A stretch of 62,864 bases of DNA, filler included, from Folioceros fuciformis (GCA_049999805.1; 16 parts of 16 records of this genome joined end to end with filler, not necessarily neighbours in it); one strand, 5' to 3'; shown: positions 47,568 through 61,899, counted from the first letter of the whole stretch. Program-made: numbers and translations. Notes: a model not told the origin generated them from the letters alone.

Positions 47568-50130
47568 GAAGTTGACCAAAAGCATGATTAGCGTAGGGCA
47601 GTTGGATGACGTTGGCTACCACTGTTGGTTTGGAGATCGTTCTTGGAAGATCTCCAAAGGTTCTCTTGTGTTAGCTCGTGGATCGAAGTGTGGCACTTTG
47701 TACTCACTTCAGGTAACCACTGTCAAGGATCATGTGATTTGTGTAACGGAAAAGCCAAGTATTTCTTTGTGGCATAGTCGGTTAGGACATATGTCTCAAA
47801 AAGGAATGAAGATACTATCTCGTTTAGGTTACGTCCCTGCTTTTGACTTCTCCGATTTCTCCATGTGTGAGCACTGTCTGTATGGGAAACAGACGAAGTC
47901 ACCACATGGAGCAAGAGGTAAACACAAAAGTAAACCTCTTGAGTTGGTTCACAATGACGTTTGCGGACCTATGCCCACTGTATCGTTAGGCGGTGCATCC
48001 TATTTTGTCACTTTCATAGATGATTTCTCACGCAAGGTGTGGGTTTATCCTTTGAGGAAAAAGGATGATGTTCTGACAGTGTTTTAGAAGTTTGTCACCC
48101 TTGTGGAGAATCAGTCTGGCCTGCGACTGAAATGTCTAAGGACAGACAATGGGAGAGAGTATGTTTTGAAGGCTTTCCAGTCATTCTGTGATTCCAAGGG
48201 AATCAGGAGAGAATTGACTGCCCCATACACTCCTCCCCTGAATGGTGTGGCCGAACACATGAACACGACCATATGCGCAGTTTGTTGTCAAACTTTGGAT
48301 TGCCTAACGAATTTTGGGCAGAAACAGTGGCTACAGCGGTGCATCTTATTAATAGATCTCCTAATAGGGCTATGGATGAATAGGTTCCAGAAGAGATGTG
48401 GTCTGGAAAGAAGCCGTCATACAAGCATTTACGAGTGTTTGGCTGCGAGGCATACTACCATGTTCCGAAGGAGTTTCGGGACAAGTTGCCACCTAAGTCC
48501 AAGAAATGTATTTTTCTTGGCTATGGTGAATCTGGTGAGATGGGATACCGTATGTGGGATCTAGAGGCCAAGAGGATGGTTCGGAGCAATGACGTGTTCT
48601 TCAATGAGACCAAGATGCACAAGAAGCCTACTCCAATTGTGGAGGTGCGACGGGTGGTCTTNNNNNNNNNNNNNNNNNNNNNNNNNNNNNNNNNNNNNNN
48701 NNNNNNNNNNNNNNNNNNNNNNNNNNNNNNNNNNNNNNNNNNNNNNNNNNNNNNNNNNNNNTGATTATGTCATGCTGACGGATTGTGGGAAGCCCTCTAG
48801 TTACCAAGAGGCCATGTCAGTTACTGACAAGGACAAGTGGGAGAAGGCGATGCAGTCATAGATGGATTCGCTCCACAAGAACCGAACTTGGGAGTTGGTT
48901 CGGTTGCCTAAGGGTAAGAAGGCGTTGCCATGCAAATGGGTATATAAGATGAAGGACATACCCCATTATAGCAAACCCAAGTACAAGGCACGATTGGTTG
49001 CGAAGGGTTTTAAGCAACAGCAAGGTATTGACTTTGATGAGATTTTCTCACCGGTTGTCAAAATGACCACCTTGTGATGTGTTCTTGGTCTGGTTGCGAG
49101 GCTCGACATGGAATTTGTCCAGATGGATGTGAAGTCAGCATTTTTGCATAGTGATCTCCAGGAAGAGGTATACATGCAGCAACCAGAGGGTTTCATTGAG
49201 AAGGGCAAAGAGAATCTGGTGTGTAGGTTGAAGAAGAGCCTTTATGGTCTGAAGCAGGCACCAAGAGAGTGGTATTTCAAGTTCCGCTCATTTATGCTTT
49301 CTCAAGGCTATAAGCGTAGCGATGAGGATCATTGCCTCTATACGAAGCAAGCTAAGGATGGAAGCTTGCTCATTCTAGTCCTCTATGTGGGTGATATGCT
49401 AATTGCTGGGACTAACAGTGATGAGATTTTAGCGTTGAAGTCAAAGTTGAATGGTCGTTTTGACATGACAGACTTGGAAGAGGCAAGCCATATTCTTGGC
49501 ATGTGTATTCGTCGAGAGAGACATAAGCGTTTGCTGTACTTGTCTCAGACTGAATACATTAACAAGGTGCTTCAACGTTTCAATATGGAGAAGGGGAAGG
49601 TCTTAAGTACGCCGTTGCCTCCATATGTGAAACTTTCGAGCAAGGATTGCCCAAGTTCTGTGGAGGATAAAGCTGAAATGGAGAAGGTTCCATACTCATC
49701 AGCTATAGGGAGTTTGATGTATGCAATGATTGCTACACGTCATGACATTGCTTTTGCAGTGGGAGTGGTTAGCAGGTTCATGTCAAACCTTGGCAGGAAG
49801 CATTGGGAGGCAGTGAAAGGAGTTGTGAGGTACTTGAATGGTACGAAAGCTTTGTGCATATGTTTTGGTAGTGAAGATGCATCTGTCGTGGGATATACGG
49901 ATGCTGATTATGCAGGGGATATGGACAAAAGGAGGTCCACATCAGATTATGTCTTCATGTGCATTGGAGGGGCAGTCTCATGGTGATCTCGTTTGCAATC
50001 GTGCATAACGCTATCTACCACAGAGGCCGAGAATGTTGCAGCGACTGAGGCATGCATGGAAGCCATGTGGCTTGCTCGTCTAGTGGGAGATTTGGGGATC
50101 AAGGTTGAGCTGCCAGTGTTGCATTGTGCA
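47568..50130 (+). mobile_element. Ty1/copia (Tnt1-like) pol: pre-integrase, integrase, RT, RNase H; multiple stops and frameshifts
   Basis: [58 protein letters not shown] and GYTDADYAGDMDKRRST. The RT active site is decayed to YVGD. Confidence 0.95.
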
Positions 50131-52070
50131 ATGTTGTACAAGGCTAAAAAAGCGTTTGACACGAACATGACCTCGGTTATATAGAAGAGTAATAATAAGC
50201 CAAAGATGAGGGGCATCTGCAAAGGCATCTCCACATATTTCAACCCGTCAAATAGTTTGTCCCAAGACACATACACGAAAGCTCTCTTAAAATCCATAAG
50301 CCATGGTAAATGAGCTTCTTTAAGTGATGATCCTAATCAATAATGAGGCAAAGATTACAAATGTTATTCAAAATCTGTCTGACAAAACTAGGTTGGCCAT
50401 GAGCATGTGTTTTACTCATAAGTCTTGAAGGTCTTGGCATAAATATGTTCCATAACAAGAAATTTGTAGTTAGAGGGGAGACGAGGTAATGTATGTTGAA
50501 GATAAGGGTAATTATATTTTCGCACTAGGAAATGGGAAAACCAAGAGGCAAGGTATCATTAAATAAGATTGCAAGAGAGGACTAAGAGTTCATGTGAGCA
50601 AAAGGGAAAAGATCTCTAAAAATACCAGCTGAATTCAATAGAGTTCAATTCTTCAATTTTCGAATGGCATAGGACTGTAGAGTCCGACAATACTACCTTA
50701 CATAATAAGATAAAAGATGCATACCAACGCGCGCATTTCTCTAAGAGGAAGCATGAGAAAAAAAATACAGATTCATGTGCATGTGCGGTGCATGGAGCAT
50801 CAAACTTGTCTTCAAGGTAGTTAGAATAATAGTAATAGTAATATTAGCAATGCCATACTTCTTAAAAAACATTTATTAAACAAATACTAATTAACAAATC
50901 GTTTCATGCCATGTTTGATCCATTAACCATGCCTCTAGCCTCTGGTTATGGGTGTCGTGTTGTCTGCAGGGGTTTCCTGCAACGTGCACCTAGTTGGGCC
51001 TCATCTGTGAAACGCGGTACAGATTAGATCACTTGCAACACATTCCTGTGGGAGGCAACCAGGTGCGATGCTCCAGCATGCTTGTGTGCCTAGCATTATG
51101 AGCATTAAGTACTGGGATAACCTTGGCTGTCTAGACCAACAAACACTACTGGGTGACCTCTTTCGGTGCATAGATGCTCCAAGAAAGAAATCCTGGATGC
51201 CGGCTGTCCGTGCGATCTGCTTGTCTTCGATTTTCGAGCTGCATGCACACTTCCAGGGTACACCCGTTATTCGTGCATAGATGACTAGCCGCGTGGGAAC
51301 CGGGCCTCGTTAACTCTAAATCCATAAACCGCAACTTGAACGTCTGTTGGAGATTCAGGGGCCGCGTCGGTTGTTGCTTCTTCATCACCCGCCAAGTTCT
51401 GGCTTTGGACTTTCTTGTCCCATGGCTTCTAGGGACCCACTAAGAATGTGGGCGGCGTACTTGCCCTCACAGCGCGCTCGCATCCCTGTTGTCTCCAGCT
51501 TGTGGTATGGGTGCCTGTAGAGGGCTCGCAGAACGTCACTTGATCCGGTCCTCGCTGAAAACGTTCATTGTCGGAAAGATGAGCCATGACATCCTGTCTT
51601 TCTGCTGCCGGACACGATTTTGCGGGAACAGCACAGCTGCTTATGTCACCGGTGAGAGAGCCTCGCAAGTTCTCTGCGTCGGAGTTTGACACGGCCTCTG
51701 CTGTGAATGCTCTCACACNNNNNNNNNNNNNNNNNNNNNNNNNNNNNNNNNNNNNNNNNNNNTTAATTAATTAANNNNNNNNNNNNNNNNNNNNNNNNNN
51801 NNNNNNNNNNNNNNNNNNTTCCTATGTTCAAACCATTATTATATTATATTATTATTTAATATTATTATATTATTATTTAATCATTTAATATTATATCTTT
51901 AATTAATATTAAACTAATCACCCAACCCTATGTATGGCCTGGTACCGAACCTAAACCTTCCCAGGTCTGGGACCAAACCTATACCCACTCTTATAACCAA
52001 ACCAACTATTTCCTGGTCAATTAACCTCATTAACACAAAGAAAAATAGGAAAAATGACCAGAAAATCAAG

Positions 52071-54665
52071 GAAGTCACATGGAAGCCTGCAAAGCCCAAG
52101 GAGGTGGACTCCATTTTCTGGGAAGCAGAGGCAACAGAAAGTTTAGAGGGGGAGGCCCCAACCAGGGCAAAAAGGAAAATAGGGACGGGACGGAGAACCC
52201 CGGCCAAGCTGAGGAGAACTGCAGGCCCGGTCGTTAGGAGGAAGGGGGAGGGTCCGCAACTGGAGAGTGTCCAGGAGCAGCCCGATGTCCAGGAACCGGA
52301 ATAGGCTGAAAGGGAGCAAGAGTCGTTCCAGGAAAAATCACTGGAAGAGCACACGAACCCGCCAGAAGTGGAGGCCGAGTTAGGGCTGGCTCAAGTACAA
52401 GAACCCTTCCTGGGCTGGGAAGGGATTTTTAGGAATCCTCGATAGCCAGGCTGTAGGTGGAGAACCTGGTGAGAGTTCGGGAGTTGCTGGGGCATTAGGT
52501 CATTGGGCGGAGGATGTCTTCGGAGGGAGAGTCGTAGCAGGTGGACTTGTTGGGCCTGACCGAGGCAATGGTTCAGGCCCAGGCAGAGTTACTCGATCAG
52601 GCTGCCCGGGCCTTAACCTGGTTGAGCATGCAGGGTGAACAGGAGGCCAAAAGTCGGGCAAGGTTGGCTGAATCCGAGGCAAGCCGGCAGCTCTAGGAGG
52701 AGACTCGACGAACTTTGGGCATGGCTAAGGAGCAGGTTGAGGAGGAAAACTGCCAGATGAGGAGGGAGGTAAGGGCGCTGAAGGAGCAGTAGGAGGCACT
52801 CTTGGCTCAGGTGAGAGAGGCCCATGGGACTAACCAAGAAATGCAGCAGGAGGTACTGAGAGCCCATGAGCAAGAAGCGTCTGCACATGGAGCGAATGCA
52901 GAAGTTGGCGGAGAGATACAAGCGGGAGAGGGATGAGGCCCGAGACAAGGTGAAGGGGAAGTCCCGGACTCAGCGGGGTAGTTGAGTTGCAACGCCGGTA
53001 GCTGAAGAAGCTACCGGTCGTGGAGTGGCAACGCCGGTAGCCGAGACCCCAACCTAGGTAGTTGAAGAGGCGCCTGTTGAGGAACCTGCCGTTCGGAAGT
53101 CTGGCAGGGCAACTCGTACCAGGAGAGCGGGCCAGGGAGGAGCTACAGTTGGGGGGATGGAAGATCCTCCGGCACCCCCAAGTGATAGAGGGCAAGCAGC
53201 GCGGAGTAGCCCACGGGAGGAGGGGGTAAGCACTTCCTTTGCGACAGATAATCAGGTTGTGTTGCACTACCCAGAGGACGACACTTATGTGCCTGGCCTC
53301 TATGTGGATGGAGCCCGTGTGCTGAAGTTGACTGTACATGTGCGTGTGGGCATAGGAGGGACAAGGGGCTACTGCATGCAGCTAAGGATCCGCAGGGGGT
53401 CCTTCTTCCATTGCTGTCGGGTGTGGGGACTACCACACTACTACGCTAAAGCAGTCCTGGAAGAACTAACGGAGGAGGAGCCGCAAGCGTGGGTCGACAG
53501 GGAGCCAGTCCTTGTCCTCAGCAACAGGTCGCGGGAGGTAAGGAGAAGTCCTTCGCGGCAGGTGCCACCTGCATCGCCACCGCCAGAGGTAAGGAGTGAT
53601 AGCGAGGTAGAGATCCTCTGGGAGGACCTGCCCGATCAGCGGCGAGGAAGGAGAGGCAGAGGTGGCTGGGCAGGAGGAAGAATGAGAGGTGGAAGGGCGA
53701 GAGGAGGAAGACCGAGGGGAGCGGAAGGAAGGCGGCCGTGGAAATGAAAATAAGCGATAGTAATTGCATCCTAGATCCGTATCGTAGACAATCTCTGGAA
53801 AATGCTTTTTCTTGGATATGACACCGTGCGCCATTAAGAGCGCCTCCTTGTCCGCAAGACCAGACTTAAATGGCGGCTGCGGACCCACCAACCGTGATGT
53901 ATAAGGGTCATGTGGTCGCCTCGAAAAATCAGCAAAGCAAAGATCAGCATTCCGACATGCAGGCCTAGCGATGACCGCTGCTAGATAGGGAGATCCAAGC
54001 GCCTAAGCGAGTGTACGCAGAGAACCTGGGTGGCGATGTCGAGGCTGCGTTGCCCCGCGACAATGATCTGAGGGGCGAATCAGGAGGAGGACCCTCGCCG
54101 AGTGGAAGCTTGCTTCCCTGCTACCCCGAAATATCCCCTATTGCGAGAATTGGTGAGAACGTGAGGGGGACGAATCCGCTGGCTGCGGAGTTGAGCGGGT
54201 AACCGTGTCCCATATCCCTTGGCACCCCATCAGCTCTTCTAAAACTTGAGAAGGAGAAGGAGTAAGTGAAGGAGAAGGAGGATGATTGAGGAGAACGAGA
54301 GGAGAAAGGAGCGTGGGAACTGTGGCACAAAGGAAGAGTAGCTACGAGTTGTCGAAGTTTGAGTGTGATAAGAAGTAGTAGTGAACATGGTGACGAGTGT
54401 GCGTCGCATGCGCCGAGAAGTCTGACCTCTGTGAGCGGGTTGCTGAGATTGTGGGTTAATGTCCAAGGTGTCGCTGCGACGGGGCGCCGTGGATTGGCTG
54501 NNNNNNNNNNNNNNNNNNNNNNNNNNNNNNNNNNNNNNNNNNNNNNNNNNNNNNNNNNNNNNNNNNNNNNNNNNNNNNNNNNNNNNNNNNNNNNNNNNNN
54601 GTGGCTGGAAAATTGTGACCAGATTGTAAGTGAGCCGTGGAATAGATTTGGATTGGGTGGCCTTT
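52071..54665 (+). mobile_element. Second family A accessory-ORF unit, 5'-truncated
   Basis: Protein and DNA homology to ~28900-31220 (reverse complement), e.g. WKPAKP/WKPAEP and PREEGVSTSF..D..VVL.Y. Confidence 0.8.
53157..53747 (+). CDS. TE-borne hypothetical domain (196 aa) with an Arg/Gly-rich tail
   Basis: Open frame whose amino-acid sequence is conserved in the disrupted copy at ~29400-29910 (-). No family recognised. Confidence 0.55.
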   Translation: MEDPPAPPSDRGQAARSSPREEGVSTSFATDNQVVLHYPEDDTYVPGLYVDGARVLKLTVHVRVGIGGTRGYCMQLRIRRGSFFHCCRVWGLPHYYAKAVLEELTEEEPQAWVDREPVLVLSNRSREVRRSPSRQVPPASPPPEVRSDSEVEILWEDLPDQRRGRRGRGGWAGGRMRGGRARGGRPRGAEGRRPWK

Positions 54666-55060
54666 TGTGGTGGCAAAACCCCGGGCACTGTTTGCCAACG
54701 GGTTCAACCTTTAGCAGCCACAGTTATCCCACTGTCGTTGAGACGTTGGGTTTCGTTCCCACGAAGGAGCGATGGGGTTCCTAGCTGCTCTAGATGGAGG
54801 GTCAGACTCAATCGTTTCGATGACGGATTCAAGGGCTCCCCTCCAGCTTCGATCATGCGTGGGACAGTCCTCGCTGTCCGGTCAATTGCACCTCTCTCGG
54901 TGCCCACAAACTCACATTAGTCACTACAACGACCCTAACCTCTCAAATCTGGGACTTCCCTCACTCGCTTCACTCACTCACTCACTCCAGCACCAGCATC
55001 CAGCAACCAGCAACGACACCACTACCTTCTACGCTTCCCTATGGACTCCCCCTACTCGGC
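54666..55060 (-). mobile_element. Divergent Athila-like LTR U5 fragment
   Basis: TG start at 54666, CCACA, GTCGTTG at 54734 and GGGTTTCGTTCCC at 54748, in the same order as in the other LTR ends. Confidence 0.55.
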
Positions 55061-55777
55061 AAGAGTCACTAGACTAACCCCAAAGAAGAACATGCCGCCA
55101 CCCACGATCTTATCGGACACCATGCAAGCACGGTTGACACTCACTCCAGCCCTGCGAGGAAACAAAAATGACAGATCATGGGGACACGACATGGAGAGCA
55201 CAATCAAGAATTAAAAGGGACCCCACCGTGAGACTTTGAAGGATGCCTGATCTTCAAAGTTCTTGCAGACGCCGCCTCTTCCTTACTAGATGGCCACCCG
55301 CAAAGCTTTCTCTTGCAATTGTTCCCCCTTGGTGGTTGAGCCTGCCTGCAGAGGAGGAGTATGAGAAGTGGGAGAAGATAGGGAAGAGGTGGGATCGGCA
55401 GCCGGAACCGGGCCTGAAGTCGGTAGCTTATTCAGCAGAATCAGCTTCCAGCCGAAATGGTTCTTCGGCCATGGAAAGCTAACCCCGGGGTGCTGGGAGA
55501 GGCCTCAAACTGTGAGGAGAAGAAAGCAGGTGAAACAGAGTTGAGTTGGAATTTATGGAATTAAATCCAGAAAAATAGGGGTGAAAATCGAAAGAGGGTA
55601 TTATGAAAATAAAAAGAAAATAAATACGAGGATACCTATGCAGTATACATATCAATACGTATTAAANNNNNNNNNNNNNNNNNNNNNNNNNNNNNNNNNN
55701 NNNNNNNNNNTTAATTAATTAANNNNNNNNNNNNNNNNNNNNNNNNNNNNNNNNNNNNNNNNNNNNCACTCTCTCTG

Positions 55778-56050
55778 GCTCTGATACCATGTTGAAATAG
55801 CACCACATGCCTATAAGGACTCCACAGTTCCTTATTTATGGTGCACATGATGCTATATATATAGCCTTCAGGCGGGACAACCCTCGATAATGTAAGCCTT
55901 AGTCTCGAGGGTGCAATATCCTAGTATATCTTGATATATCCTGATAACACTTAGGTGATAGATAACTACGAGTTCAATATGGGATAATCTACACTATCCT
56001 AAGTGTTGTATGCTCTTAATAACAATTCAGTTAGAGCTTGATTTCTAACA
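55778..56050 (-). mobile_element. Copia 5' LTR (55790-56050) plus tRNA-iMet PBS, inserted in the gag of the next element
   Basis: Reverse-complement homolog of 45970-46232; GCTCTGATACCA at 55778-55789. Confidence 0.92.
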
Positions 56051-59000
56051 ATTAGTAACAGTGCGCAACGAATTTTATTCTCTCCGCATGAATAATAATG
56101 AGAGCATTGGTACTTATGTTGGCAAGTTTCGTTATCTTTGGGCCTAGCTTGCTGCCTTAGGCACTCCCTTATCGAAATTCGAAGCTTGTGTCCAACTGTT
56201 GGCCTCCCTTCCTGCCAGCTTTCAAGCATTTGTGTCCTCTCAAAATGGCATTGTTCGAGAGGCTCATCAGGCGGTAAAGGCTGGCCGCACACCTAACATT
56301 TCCATCTCTGAAATTGCCGGCGCTCTTCTTCAAGAGGAGGCTTCCAGATACAACACTGGCACTTCGAAGCATGGTGGTGAACGAGTTCTGTTCGTTCGCA
56401 AAGGCCGTCAACGCCACCAGCCCCACCAGCGACGTCGTCCTCCTCCACCTGATAGACGCCCCTTCACTGTGCCTTCTCCGGCTCCTGGTCGTGGACCTTC
56501 GGCATCCAAACCTGCTAGTTCCGGCCGTAAGCCCGGTACTTGCAACTGGTGTCAAATTCCAAGCCATTGGAAGCCTGACTGCCGCAAGAAGAAAGCTGGC
56601 GAGCCTCGACGTCCATCCAAGANNNNNNNNNNNNNNNNNNNNNNNNNNNNNNNNNNNNNNNNNNNNNNNNNNNNNNNNNNNNNNNNNNNNNNNNNNNNNN
56701 NNNNNNNNNNNNNNNNNNNNNNTCCATCCAAGACTGCCAATACGGCCTCGACCTCCAAGCAGAAACAAGCCGGCATTGCCCTCACAATCTACTTGGTAGC
56801 TTTTGAATATAAGACCTCTTGGCTATTTGATTCCGCTGCCTCCGAGCATATATGCTGCCATCGTCATATGTTTTCTAATTATCTCCTTGCCGAAGATCAA
56901 CATTTTGTTCTTCTCGGCGACGACTCTGGCCTTACTATTGCGGGCACTAGCACTGTTACTTTTACTCTTGAAGATGGTTATGTGCTTCTTCTAAGTGATG
57001 TGCTGCATGTTCCGCAAATGGCGAAGAATCTTATTTTTGTTCGACACTTGGTGAAGGACGGTACATTCCAGCTAGAGTTTGGAAGAGACGATTGCCTCCT
57101 CACAAGATCTGTTGCTCCTGATCGCGTGGTTGCCAGAGATCGTCCGCGGCATGATCTCTATGTCTTCTTTGCCGTACCAGTGATCACGGCTTCCTCGACC
57201 CCAGCTTCCGCAATGGTAACTGTGGTCGACAGAGGGAGTTCCTGCAAAGGTGACTCCCTATTATGGCATTCTCGGCTTGGACAAATTAATCATGCTAAGC
57301 TTCTCGAGATGTCTAGGCAGGATTTATTTACGAATAAGCTACCTCACTTTTCACAGACTCCACTATTATGTGGACATTGTATATATGCTAAACAACATAC
57401 CTTCCCCTATCCTACTCTCCTTGCCCGTTGGGCTACTCAGCCCTTGGAGTTGGTCCATGTTGATCTTTGTGGTCCACTTCCCATCCTTTCACTTGGTGGC
57501 CCACTGCATTTTATGACTATTGTTGACGACTATAGTTGCTATATCTTTGCTATTCTGCTCAAGTTGAAGAGTGACTCCTTCGGCTCCTTTGCTATTTTTG
57601 TCACTATGGCCGAGCTGCAAACCGGTTGCAAGCTTCGGTGTATTAGATCTGACAATGCAGGGGAATTAAATAACCGGCAATTTAAGAATTTCTGTCTTGA
57701 GAGGGGGATTCTCCGTCAATTTATGATTCCCTATACTTCTCAGCAGAATGGGGTTGCTGAAAAGGCCAACGGCGATCTGCTCGCCATGGCCCGTGCTATG
57801 CTAGCCTGCGCTCCGCTCCCCAAACCCTTCTAGGCCAAAGCGATTAATACTGCAGCGTATCTCCGCAACAGGGTACTTTCCAAGTCCGTTCTTGACCAGA
57901 CACCCTTTGAGTCTTAGCATGGATATAAGCCTCTTATTACTCATCTTCGGATTTTCGGCTTCCCCGCCTATGCTAATATTCCTTCTCAACTTCGCGACAA
58001 GCTTTCTGCTCGTGCTCGCAAGCTGGTATTTGTTGGCTATGGCGAGGACCGTAAGGCTTATAAACTGGTTGACTTGGATACCCATGCTATTGTATATGCT
58101 CGCACTGTCACTTTTGATGAGGCTTGGTTAGCATCTGCTCGTTCTGAGTCCATGGATTCTACTTCGGCTCCTTCAGACGACACTGCTTCTTCCGACCCAA
58201 GTGACCTTATGCCTGAGTTTTTGACTCAGCCCTCTATTTTCCCGGACTTTGGTCCCGCACCCACTGCTCCATCCTTGGCCTCTTCACCTCAAGCAGCACC
58301 TATCCCTATTGTTCCTGCTCAAGAGGGGGAAGATGAACAGGCCATTATTGATCCTTATGAAAACAGAGAAGACTTTGGTGCTCTTAATCCACAAGACCCA
58401 AAGACTGTTCTTGCTCCACCTTCTCCTGTAATACTTGATCCAGTCCCTGAGCGAAGATATCCTTTGCGTCATCGTCAACCGAGACACCTATGGAATGAGA
58501 TCCCCTTTGATTTAGAGTTCAATAAGCTGGCTACACCACCACTGCCGCAGGTCACTTCAACACCTTTAGTGTTGCCCCTTCAAAGGGAGATCCTCTCACT
58601 TAACAAGAGTCATATTCGTGACCCGATGCAGCTAAGTGGAAGTTTGCTATTGATGATGAATATAATTCTCTTATAATACTTGGACTCTAGTAAACTTGCC
58701 GAAAGGCAGAACTACTGTCAAATGCAAGTGGGTTCTCAAAACTAAATTCCATGAGGTTGAACCTTGATGAACTGGGTCTAGATTAGGGCACTATTCATTA
58801 GGGCCTCGTAACTTTAAACATTATTATCTACCTAGGGTTTATATTGGTTTGTTAGTGGTTATATTAGTTATATTACTTGCAACCGCTTACGGTTGCAACC
58901 GCCCAACCACCTAGCCTATGTAAAGGCTTGTACTTTACTCATTAATTGATTCCGTTGTTTTCTTTCCTATCTGAGAGCTATTGATTCTCATCAGTATTCG

Positions 59001-60458
59001 TTATAAGGTGAGACTAGTGGCTAAGGGTTATAGTCAGAAAGAGGGAGTGGACTATCGGGGCGATAAGGTTTATTCACCTATAGTCAAGGCTGCTTCCGTG
59101 AGAATGCTCCTGGCTTTATGTGCCGAGCTTAATCTGGAAATTTATCAACTTGATGTTTATAATGCTTTCCTTTATGGTCATCTGTAAGAAGAGATCTATA
59201 TGGATCAACTAGAAGACTATGAAGATAAGCAATATCCCAATAAGGTGTGTAAACTTCTTCGTTCTATTTACGGACTAAAGCAAAGCCCACGTTTATGGTA
59301 TGAGAGAATGGACTCTTACCTCAAGAAGATAGGTTTTATCCAAAGTGAAGCAGACACCAATATCTATGTACTCCGCAAGGACAGCTCCCTTGTATTGGTT
59401 GCTCTATATGTTGATGACTTAGTTATTCCTAGCAACAATATCGAACTAGTTAACAAGATTAAAGCTGACCTTAGTAAAGAATTCGAGATGAAGGATCTTG
59501 GCAAAGTTAAATATATTCTTGGTATGCATGTACATAGAGATACCACTGGTGCTATCTATCTCCATCAAGGAAGATATGTAGCTGGTATGTTAAAACACTT
59601 CAATTTGGAGAATGCACGTGCTGCAGCCACACCTGGCGCCGTAGGTGTTAAGCTTTCATCTGCTACCTGTCCACAATCAGAACAGGAAAAGAAAGATGGA
59701 AAATATTCCTTATCGTATGGAAGTTGGTACTCTCATGTTCTTAAGTAATCAGACTAGACCTGATATCTCAAATTCTGTAAATGCTATTGCTTAGTTCTCA
59801 GAGAATCCAGGAAAGGATCACTGGGTTGCTCTTAAGCGCATCATGCGGTACCTCACAGGTACTCCAAATTATGGCCTCTGCTTCAAGCCTAGCGGAAAGA
59901 AGCATCTGCTATTGACATGCTTTGTCGATGAAAATGGACCTATACATATGTACCCACAGACGACAATACAGCAGATATACTGACAAAAACCCTGCTGAAG
60001 TTTAAACACTGCTTCTACAAAGAAAGGCTTGGATTGGTTGACTGTAGTAGCTTTTTGAAGCTAGACCAGTCACACATTTGGTGAGGCGTATCTTATCACA
60101 GAACATTCAGTTACTTGAAGTTGACAGCTATTGTAGACCGCTTGCTTCAATCTTACTTGCGGCCGATGACGATCGGTGAGTTGAGTTTAGTTGAAGATCG
60201 TAGTACTTATACAATACTCCTGCGGCAAATGATTATTAGTTCTTTGATTTAGATAACCCAACTAGTCTGAGAGGGAGAGTTAGAAGTACAAACCACATTG
60301 GTTATGGGTAACTTAGCTAGCGTGGTCATACCCTTTGGTATCTAGTACCGAAGAGGTACAACTCTTCAAACACAGGCTATAAAAGCCCACCTCTTGTAAT
60401 CAATTTTATCAATTAGTAAAGCACTATCTTTGATCAAACGCTTCCGCAAAGCACTACA
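56051..60458 (+). mobile_element. Decayed Ty1/copia element (gag, protease, integrase, RT, RNase H remnant, PPT, 3' LTR ~60279-60458)
   Basis: Zinc knuckle, WLFDSAASEH, LWHSRLG, IRSDNAGE, QQNGVAE, YGLKQSPRLW and LYVDDL. The purine tract GAGAGGGAGA near 60269 precedes an LTR-like segment ending CTACA. Confidence 0.92.
58765..58993. mobile_element. ~229-bp solo-LTR-like insertion in the RT
   Basis: Splits KWVLKTKFH from [11 protein letters not shown]. Termini TGATGA...TCATCA; no clear TSD. Confidence 0.65.
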
Positions 60459-61899
60459 AATTAGTAAGGGCACTTCCAGTAGTAGCTAATCACATGCCCA
60501 AAAAAATTCTTAAGGTTTGCAACATATACTTTGTGCATGGTGGCAGAACTCTTCTCACACTTATACCACACATGAGAGTGTGTATTGCCAATTGTGCCCA
60601 AAGTCACAATCTTGGTATTCTGGCCAAAGGCACCCTCAGGAAAGGCAGAAGGTGCATTAGGAGTCTACTTTTCCAAATCATAGCAAATAGGAGATGCTTG
60701 CAAGGCATAGGCTATCTTACCTCTGGAAGGCGTGGTAATTCTCATAGCTGCTGTAGCTAAAGGTGGCTAGGCAGAAGCTTTGAAAGGACCGTCCATATCC
60801 TCAGCGATCGTAGTTTTGTACTTCTCGCGACGAACCCTCCTCTTTAGCAACTCAGCATTGGAAGGGCGTCCTCTCTTTCATGGTGGCATCCCTTCACCAG
60901 AAACATTCTTGGACCCTGAAGCGTGAGGAGGCTAGGAGGACAAGGTAGTTGTCCTAGGTTGGTGTTTCGCGAATCAATTAAGATGGTCCCTTGGGTGCTT
61001 GCACACCTAAGGAGTAGAAGGAGACATGGCCAAAATCGCGTTGAGGACAAACTCGTGAGCTACAACAGAGAGAAAGGATAGCAGCACAATAAATGTAGCC
61101 AACCTTATGAGTGTTGGTTTTTCATTGATGTGTTGCAGCTAGTACAAGATAAGGGACCGAAGGGGCGTAACAAGGAACCCGCGCCTCAAGCACACACACG
61201 CAAAGCTCAGTCATGATGAAGAGTACAACTGAAAACCCAAGGCATCCTGAACAAGTGGGAGTGAAGGAGGAGATATGTGCTAACGGCTCCCTAGGGTTTT
61301 AGAGGTTTTACATAGCTTATCAGTTAGTGATAAGTTATAAGTAGATAAGCTACATATATAGATAGAAACAAGCATACCTATTCGTTAAGAGTTGTGCCCT
61401 TAGCCAAAAGGTACACCTGTAGGTAGTATTTAAAAACCAACTTACCTTTTTCGTTTTAATTAATTCAATGTATATTCTTCTTGCTAGAAACAATCTTCTT
61501 TACTATATATGTAATTGCTTAAGTGCAATTGGTTTACATAACCCTTAAATAATGTTAGAGGGTACTCTTTGGCCTAGATTGCTAGGCGCATTGTAATCCT
61601 TCTTTGCTGCATAAGAGGTACTAGTCATGGCCTCTTCTTCCTTGCCGTAGGTGATAGCAAGTAGTGGTGGTGGTACTCTTCCTCTTCACCCGCTTACTGT
61701 GATGGAAGCTCTAGCATTATGGGAAGCTCCTCTAGATGGATGATTGCAAAAGGCCATTTGGCTTCTTATATTTTACATTGGTGAGGAGTCCCTTCATGGA
61801 CCATAGGTGCACTAGGTGAGTTGTACAGGAACATGACCTAGCCCCTCCCTCATCATTGGTGTTGGGCTTTAGAAGATTTTCCTAGTGATATGTGTAACC

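Noticed and set aside
50950-51718. Possible host gene fragment
   Set aside because: Only short ORFs with stops and no recognisable domain or supportable exon chain.
58765-58993. C/D-box snoRNA (TGATGA...CTGA)
   Set aside because: TGATGA pairs with the terminal TCATCA as LTR-type inverted ends, and the segment interrupts an RT.
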